Notes under the pieces: model-generated | What the model was told of the DNA's origin: nothing | The model's database searches: none | Seen by the model: the letters and a program-made list of their open reading frames with translations, nothing else | Translations under genes and position numbers: made by a program | From: an uncultured Candidatus Entotheonella sp. | GTDB taxonomy: Bacteria; Tectomicrobia; Entotheonellia; Entotheonellales; Entotheonellaceae | Length of the DNA stretch: 64,000 bases | NCBI GenBank assembly: GCA_965217185.1 | Contig: OZ244252.1 | Span: 704,001-768,000, forward strand | Reading direction: 5' to 3' | Shown here: piece by piece, positions 58,356 through 64,000 of the stretch | Position numbering within the stretch: the first letter of the stretch is position 1 | How the letters are laid out: the number at the start of each line of letters is the position of its first letter

Positions 58356-59141
58356 ATGGGTTTAAAACGGATCCGCTTTGACAAAAGTGAAGTTGATGCC
58401 ATGGCCGCCAGATTCGCCGACGCCGACCCTGAGGAGGTGATCGCGTGGGCGTTGTCGGGGTTTGGTGACGCTGCGGTGGTGGTCACCGGCTTGCAGGCGG
58501 AAGGCATGATCATTTTGGACATGGCCTGCCGGCTTCGGCCTTCGGTTTGCGCCCTCACGGTGGACACAGGCCGCCTTCCTCAAGAGACCTACTCATTTAT
58601 TGACCGCGTCCGCGACCACTACCCGGCGATGCGGCTGCGAACCCTCTTTCCTGACCACCGCGACATCGAAGCATTCACCCGGGAAAACGGCGTCAACTCC
58701 TTTTACAATTCGGCGGACCTGAGGATGCAGTGCTGTAATCTGCGCAAGGTGCGTCCCTTGGCGCGCGAGTTGGAAAAGACGGATGCCTGGTTTGCGGGAC
58801 TCCGGCGCGACCAAAGCCCCTCACGAGCTCACATCAAGAAGATTGAATTGGATTACACGCACGGCGGCATTGTAAAGCTCAACCCGCTTGCCGATTGGAC
58901 TAAGGAAGAGGTGTGGGCGTATATCCGCGAGTATGATGTGCCTTACCATCCGTTGTACGAGCAAGGCTATCCGAGTATTGGTTGTGGACCCTGCACGCGC
59001 GCCACGTTTCCCGGTGAGGATGAGCGGGCCGGTCGTTGGTGGTGGGAAACACGTGCAGCGAAGGAATGCGGTATCCACTTCTCCCCCGTCACGGGCCGCA
59101 CCGAACAGAGCAATGGCGCCTTCGTCGCAGCCATGTCGTAG
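58356..59141 (+). CDS. cysH: APS/PAPS reductase, [4Fe-4S] type
   Basis: VDTGRL..ETY, CC..RKV.PL, GLRRDQS, SIGC.PCT, RAGRW, KECGIH. Confidence 0.95.
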   Translation: MGLKRIRFDKSEVDAMAARFADADPEEVIAWALSGFGDAAVVVTGLQAEGMIILDMACRLRPSVCALTVDTGRLPQETYSFIDRVRDHYPAMRLRTLFPDHRDIEAFTRENGVNSFYNSADLRMQCCNLRKVRPLARELEKTDAWFAGLRRDQSPSRAHIKKIELDYTHGGIVKLNPLADWTKEEVWAYIREYDVPYHPLYEQGYPSIGCGPCTRATFPGEDERAGRWWWETRAAKECGIHFSPVTGRTEQSNGAFVAAMS

Positions 59142-59298
59142 AACCCGGTGGGCGACGGCAGCCTCGTTGACATCCTCAAGGCTCGGCACTTATAATATCG
59201 CTCCTTTTTCCGTGAGAGGCGGTTATCAGAACTCGTTTTTGCCGGCCTCTCCTGAACACGTTTTGCGGTGTAAGTCGTTATCAGAGGGTGGTGGCGTC

Positions 59299-59676
59299 AT
59301 GGCAGAATCATACGAAAAGATACGGACGGATTTACAACAGCGGCGTCAGGGCATCCTCTCAAAAATCTCCGGTGAACAACACCTGCAGGCGATGGATGAT
59401 GAGGCCACCCATGGGGATTCCCTCGATATTGCCAGCAATGCCCGCGACCGCGAAATTACGTTCATGCTGAAAAGCCGCGAGTTGGATGAGTTACGTGCCA
59501 TTGAGGACGCCCTCGAGCGTATGAATTACGACGATTACGGGATTTGCGCGAATTGCGAAGACCCGATCGAAATCAAGCGTCTCGAAGCGATTCCGTGGAC
59601 GCGCTTCTGCCGCGGCTGCCAGGAAGAAATGGAAAGCCGCAAAGCCGGTGGGCGTCTGAATTACGACGTGTCGTAA
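59299..59676 (+). CDS. DksA/TraR C4 zinc-finger protein
   Basis: GDSLDIA (DxxDxA), YGICANC..I...RLEAIPW..FC..C. Confidence 0.9.
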   Translation: MAESYEKIRTDLQQRRQGILSKISGEQHLQAMDDEATHGDSLDIASNARDREITFMLKSRELDELRAIEDALERMNYDDYGICANCEDPIEIKRLEAIPWTRFCRGCQEEMESRKAGGRLNYDVS

Positions 59677-59694
59677 CCACTCTGAGCCTCCCTC

Positions 59695-62202
59695 ATGGCA
59701 AGCGACGCCGAGCTCGCTCAATCATCCGCTTCTGATTCCACGCCCCTATCCACATCATCCCCTTGCATCGCTAAGGTCATCGTCGAACTTCCCCTCGAAG
59801 ACCCGCTTGACTACCGCATTCCGCCAGCCTTGCAGGAGCATTGTGCGGTCGGCCAACGGGTGATGGTCCCGGTCGGGCACCGGGAACTCCTCGGCTACAT
59901 CGTCGGGCTTGCCTCTCACAGCGCCGTATCCGATCTCAAAGCATTGAGTGAGGTACTGGACGAGACACCGGTGGTCTCGGCCGACCTGCTGCGGCTAACG
60001 AAATGGGTCGCCGACTATTACCTGTGCTCGTGGGGTCAGGTCCTGAAGGCCGCCATGCCCGAGGGCTTCCGCGAACGCTCGGCCACCGTTTACGACCTGA
60101 CGCCCGATGCCCGGCAGTCACTGTCGGCATGGCCGGTGGGCAGGGCAGGGGAAGTGCTTCGTTGTCTGGAACGCCAAGGCGCCTCGCGCCGCCAGGACCT
60201 CGCCAAATCCGTTGGCACGGGCAACCTCGCGGGCTTGCTGCGGCGTCTGCAAGATCAAGGCCTCGTCAGCCAGACCCGCCAGCGCCATGCTCCCAAGGTG
60301 CGGGAACGTACGACAACCATGGTGCGCTTGCTCCCCACGGCTGACGCCGCCCGGACCCTTGTGGAGCAGATTCGACCCCGCGCCCCGAACCAGGCGAAGG
60401 TCCTGGCTTTACTGTTGGGACAGCCGGCATGCGAGTTGAAGACGCTGCGGCGTCAGCTTGCGGGCGCCCCGGCTGCCGTCAAGCGCCTGCAGCAGCAGGG
60501 GCTCGTGGAGGTATACGAGGTCGAAGACCTGCGCCGGGTCGTCCCGTTGCCGCCCGACCAGCCGGCCTCGCTGCCTGTCCTGAATGACGCCCAACGGTGC
60601 GCTCTGGAACAGATCGAGGCCGTGCTGGCGGCACCGGACAGGACACCGATTTTGTTGCACGGCATTACCGGCAGCGGCAAGACCGAGGTTTACATGCGCG
60701 CGATTGCCGGCGTGCTGCGCCAAGGCAAATCGGCGCTCGTCATGGTGCCTGAAATTGCTTTGACCGACCAACTCGTGCAGCGCTTTGCGGCCCGTTTTCC
60801 TTCCCGGCTCGGTGTGCTGCACAGCGGCCTTTCCGGCGGCGAACGCTTCGACGAATGGCGTCGTCTGGCGCGCGGCGAAGCCCAGATTGCCATCGGAACC
60901 CGCTCGGCGGTTTTCGCCCCGATGCAGCATCTCGGCCTTATTGTCGTTGACGAAGAGCACGACACCTCCTACAAGCAGGAGGAAACGCCGCGCTACCACG
61001 CCCGCGACGTTGCCATCGTTCGCGCTCAGCAGAGCGGGGCGGTGGTGGTCCTGGGTAGCGCAACCCCGGCGGTGGAATCATTTCACAATGCCCAAACGGG
61101 CAAGTACCTGCTGCTATCACTGCCCCATCGTATTGACGACAAGCCTCTGCCGGCTATTACGCTGGTGGACCAGCGGGAGCACACGGCGCCGAACGAACGC
61201 GTCGTCTCCGGCCCGCTGCGGGAAGCCATCGCCGCCTGCCTGGAGCGCCGCGAACAATGCCTCATTCTGATTAACCGGCGCGGCTTTGCCGCCTACCTGC
61301 AATGCCGTGATTGCGGCTCGGTTCCCTACTGTGAACATTGCAGCGTGGCGCTGACGTATCATCGCGGCACCCACAGGCTGCGGTGCCATTACTGCGGCTT
61401 CAACCAAGCGGTGCCGACGTTCTGCGCGGGGTGCGAAAGTGCCGCGCTGCGGCCTCACGGCCTCGGCACCCAGCAGGTCGAATCGGTGCTGAGCGCGCTG
61501 TTTCCCGAGGCGCGCTTGGCGCGCATGGACCGCGACACCACCCGCGCCAAAGCGGCCCATCAGCGCATTCTCCGTGCCCTGGGCAACGGCGACATCGACA
61601 TCCTGGTTGGCACCCAGATGATTGCCAAAGGGCACGATTACCCCAACATCACGCTGGTCGGGGTGGTGTCCGCCGACGCCAGCCTCTCGATGCCCGACTT
61701 CCGGGCGCCCGAGCGCCTGTTTCAACTGCTGACCCAGGTTGCCGGGCGTGCTGGACGGGGCCAACGCCCCGGACGCGTGCTCATGCAGACTTACCGCCCG
61801 GAGCACGATAGCGTGGCTTTCGCATACGGGCATGACTTCACCGGCTTTTTCCAACACGAGACCGCACGGCGGCGAGACGTGCTGTACCCGCCGTATTCCC
61901 GTTTGGCGCGCTTGATTGTCGAGAACCCGAAGGCCGAGCAGGCGGAGGCAACCAGCCAGCGCATTGGCCAGATGCTGCAACGCCAGATTCCGCCACGCTC
62001 TGATGTAACCGTCCTGGGACCCGCTGAGGCGCCCATCGCCAGGTTGCACGACCGCTACCGCTGGCACCTACTTGTGAAGAGCGTGTCGAGCAAGGCGTTG
62101 CACCAATGCCTCACCGCTGGATTGGCCGAGGCCCGCCGGCAAAAAGCGTTCCCGCGGTTGACTCGCGTCAGTGTGGATATTGATCCGGTCAGCTTTCTGT
62201 AA
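59695..62202 (+). CDS. priA: Primosomal protein N'
   Basis: GITGSGKTEVY, VPEIALT, DEEHD.SYKQ, Cys-rich zinc region, GTQMIAKGHD, QVAGRAGRG. Confidence 0.97.
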   Translation: MASDAELAQSSASDSTPLSTSSPCIAKVIVELPLEDPLDYRIPPALQEHCAVGQRVMVPVGHRELLGYIVGLASHSAVSDLKALSEVLDETPVVSADLLRLTKWVADYYLCSWGQVLKAAMPEGFRERSATVYDLTPDARQSLSAWPVGRAGEVLRCLERQGASRRQDLAKSVGTGNLAGLLRRLQDQGLVSQTRQRHAPKVRERTTTMVRLLPTADAARTLVEQIRPRAPNQAKVLALLLGQPACELKTLRRQLAGAPAAVKRLQQQGLVEVYEVEDLRRVVPLPPDQPASLPVLNDAQRCALEQIEAVLAAPDRTPILLHGITGSGKTEVYMRAIAGVLRQGKSALVMVPEIALTDQLVQRFAARFPSRLGVLHSGLSGGERFDEWRRLARGEAQIAIGTRSAVFAPMQHLGLIVVDEEHDTSYKQEETPRYHARDVAIVRAQQSGAVVVLGSATPAVESFHNAQTGKYLLLSLPHRIDDKPLPAITLVDQREHTAPNERVVSGPLREAIAACLERREQCLILINRRGFAAYLQCRDCGSVPYCEHCSVALTYHRGTHRLRCHYCGFNQAVPTFCAGCESAALRPHGLGTQQVESVLSALFPEARLARMDRDTTRAKAAHQRILRALGNGDIDILVGTQMIAKGHDYPNITLVGVVSADASLSMPDFRAPERLFQLLTQVAGRAGRGQRPGRVLMQTYRPEHDSVAFAYGHDFTGFFQHETARRRDVLYPPYSRLARLIVENPKAEQAEATSQRIGQMLQRQIPPRSDVTVLGPAEAPIARLHDRYRWHLLVKSVSSKALHQCLTAGLAEARRQKAFPRLTRVSVDIDPVSFL

Positions 62203-62449
62203 CGGGGCGGCGCATTGGTCCGGCTGAAAACCGGCCATGCCGGCGCTATATAGTGCCCCCGGCTGAGCGGCGGCATTGAGAGAAGGTTGTACTTTGTCTT
62301 TCCGTGAGCGTGACTTGAAAGCCTCGCGGAAAGTGAAGGAAGCATGAATGTCAACATCCAGAGTTTATGAGCCCTGATGCGCCGTGCTGGATGGAGTGGA
62401 TCAATTGGCCCTACCGCTCGGTGGTCGTAAGCTACGATAAACCGGGATA

Positions 62450-62479
62450 TACGAGGTGGTACGAGGTGGTACGAGGTGG
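62450..62479 (+). repeat. Tandem 10-mer x3
   Basis: TACGAGGTGG repeated three times. Confidence 0.8.
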
Positions 62480-63561
62480 GTATAGATTCCCAATACCGAA
62501 AATCGAGACGGTCCAGAAACGGCTGGCTTGCGGCGGTACACCGAGCGTTTACTTGGTTGGAAACCCTGATGGGTATCATGCCCCGTCAGGCTGAGTCAGA
62601 AACCGGTTCAGCCGATTCTTTGGAAAACCTGCCGACGGAAACGATCATGGACATTGACGTCTCTGTCTCGGCAGGGGGCCACTATCTGGATGAGGGCCTG
62701 GACGTCGTCGAACCAGAAGTTCAAATGGCGATAGATGAGAACCTGTTTTTGGACGACTCTCTTCAGCACGAAGGTTTCCCAGCCGGACCCGATGATTACG
62801 ATGAACCAGAACCTCTGGCTGAATATGACGGTAAACTTGCCGACCCGCTGTACAAGCCGGAAATCGACGATGGTAATCTCGTACGAAATCTGAGCATTGA
62901 TGAGATAATCGCGAGTGCCGAGGATGCAACAGATGGACAGCGCGATCGGATTGCCAGAGCGTTATCCGAGTACAGTTCCCGGAAACTATCCAACCTGCTA
63001 CGCTGGCTGAAAGGAAAAGTATGGACCGGCCATGCTCTACTTTTGTTCTTGGAATTCCGTATTCTGTGGAATGAAAACTCGCACTGGAAGGAAAGTTACT
63101 TCTGGTCGGAACAATTGTGTGATTGGTGTTTGAGCCCAAGACCCGCGGTCTTGAGGCGCAGTGACTGTTATCTGCTCGTTAACGCTCGCCTCCACTGCAC
63201 CCCTGATGAAGTGATTGATGAAGAGTGGTTTGAAGATTGGGATCGTTTTGCCCTGTGGGAGCATGGATTTCTCTCGTTCGCATCCTTTGCGCTTTTTCGT
63301 GCTCAACTTGAAGACGGCGATTGGCAGATTTTGCTCAAGTCGAAATCGAAAATAGTCCCCGGTATAAGTCAAGAAAGCGGATTCCTAGATACCTACGATC
63401 TGATTGAAGCCAACGCTCTATCATTCATGCTTCCCAGAAACACTGTCCATCGAATATACCAACGAGATTTTCAACGCCTCCCTCAGCTCAATCGGATGTC
63501 GCTATGGTATAAGGTTCAAGATTGGTATAACCCCGCCGAATGGCACGACAATCTTGATTGA
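62476..63561 (+). CDS. Hypothetical protein, acidic N-terminus and Trp-rich C-terminus (start uncertain, perhaps 62647)
   Basis: Long ORF in lower-GC sequence; no family recognised. Confidence 0.6.
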   Translation: MGIDSQYRKSRRSRNGWLAAVHRAFTWLETLMGIMPRQAESETGSADSLENLPTETIMDIDVSVSAGGHYLDEGLDVVEPEVQMAIDENLFLDDSLQHEGFPAGPDDYDEPEPLAEYDGKLADPLYKPEIDDGNLVRNLSIDEIIASAEDATDGQRDRIARALSEYSSRKLSNLLRWLKGKVWTGHALLLFLEFRILWNENSHWKESYFWSEQLCDWCLSPRPAVLRRSDCYLLVNARLHCTPDEVIDEEWFEDWDRFALWEHGFLSFASFALFRAQLEDGDWQILLKSKSKIVPGISQESGFLDTYDLIEANALSFMLPRNTVHRIYQRDFQRLPQLNRMSLWYKVQDWYNPAEWHDNLD

Positions 63562-64000
63562 ATTTCCTATGAATCCATCGCTGCTAACTGATTCATGTCC
63601 CGAATGAACATGCTCACAGGAGACTTGCAAATGTCGGGCATCAAACAAAGACGACTTCTTGTCCCCGGAAAAGACTGTATGGTTTCACACCCTGACAAAG
63701 ATTCATTAGGGCGTAGGTCTCAAATTGACCAGTTAGGCGGCCCGTCCGTCCGCCAATTTTGTAGATAAACCAACAATACTCCAGAGGAGTGCTGCCCATC
63801 ACCCACCGTCCTACGTGACACTTTGTCACCTCGCGCATCAATCATGTCCCCAAGCCGTACCAAACCCCCTCAGAATCGCTCAATTTCGGACTTACACCCA
63901 TTCATTAGGCGTTGTCATCAGCAGCAGACAGGAAAGTGCAGCGGTCACCGTACAAGTTCATTGGGGCCGAGACAGGGTAACCGAATGGCATCCGGTATCA

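Overview
GC-rich bacterial chromosome window. The gene content (Uma2 nuclease, LLM oxidoreductase, two hydantoinase/oxoprolinase pairs, TbpB-like lipoproteins) is reminiscent of sponge-associated/Tectomicrobia-like genomes, but this is inference only. Housekeeping and metabolic blocks (serC, trmB, DHS-like, aroK/aroA, tRNA-Arg, lptE-holA-rpsT, rpiA, htrA-like, solA-like, cysH, dksA-like, priA) are interrupted by two accessory regions. (1) About 10.7-25.7 kb: an XRE-ImmA/IrrE-ExoI-PD-(D/E)XK operon divergent from a tandem-AAA ATPase plus ADP-ribosylglycohydrolase, an IS, a Fic gene, decayed TA genes and frameshifted lipoprotein/membrane genes. (2) About 33.9-43.4 kb: a type I restriction-modification locus with three unusual traits: a triplicated hsdS TRD, an embedded Septu/PtuAB-like ATPase+HNH pair, and an HsdR fused to an apparently intact LexA-type S24 autopeptidase domain. 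Outside these regions, a 40-aa, 7-Cys leader ORF absent from the ORF track, with a plausible antiterminator/terminator pair, lies upstream of cysH and looks like a cysteine-sensing transcriptional attenuator. All family calls come from motif recognition by eye; no searches were run.
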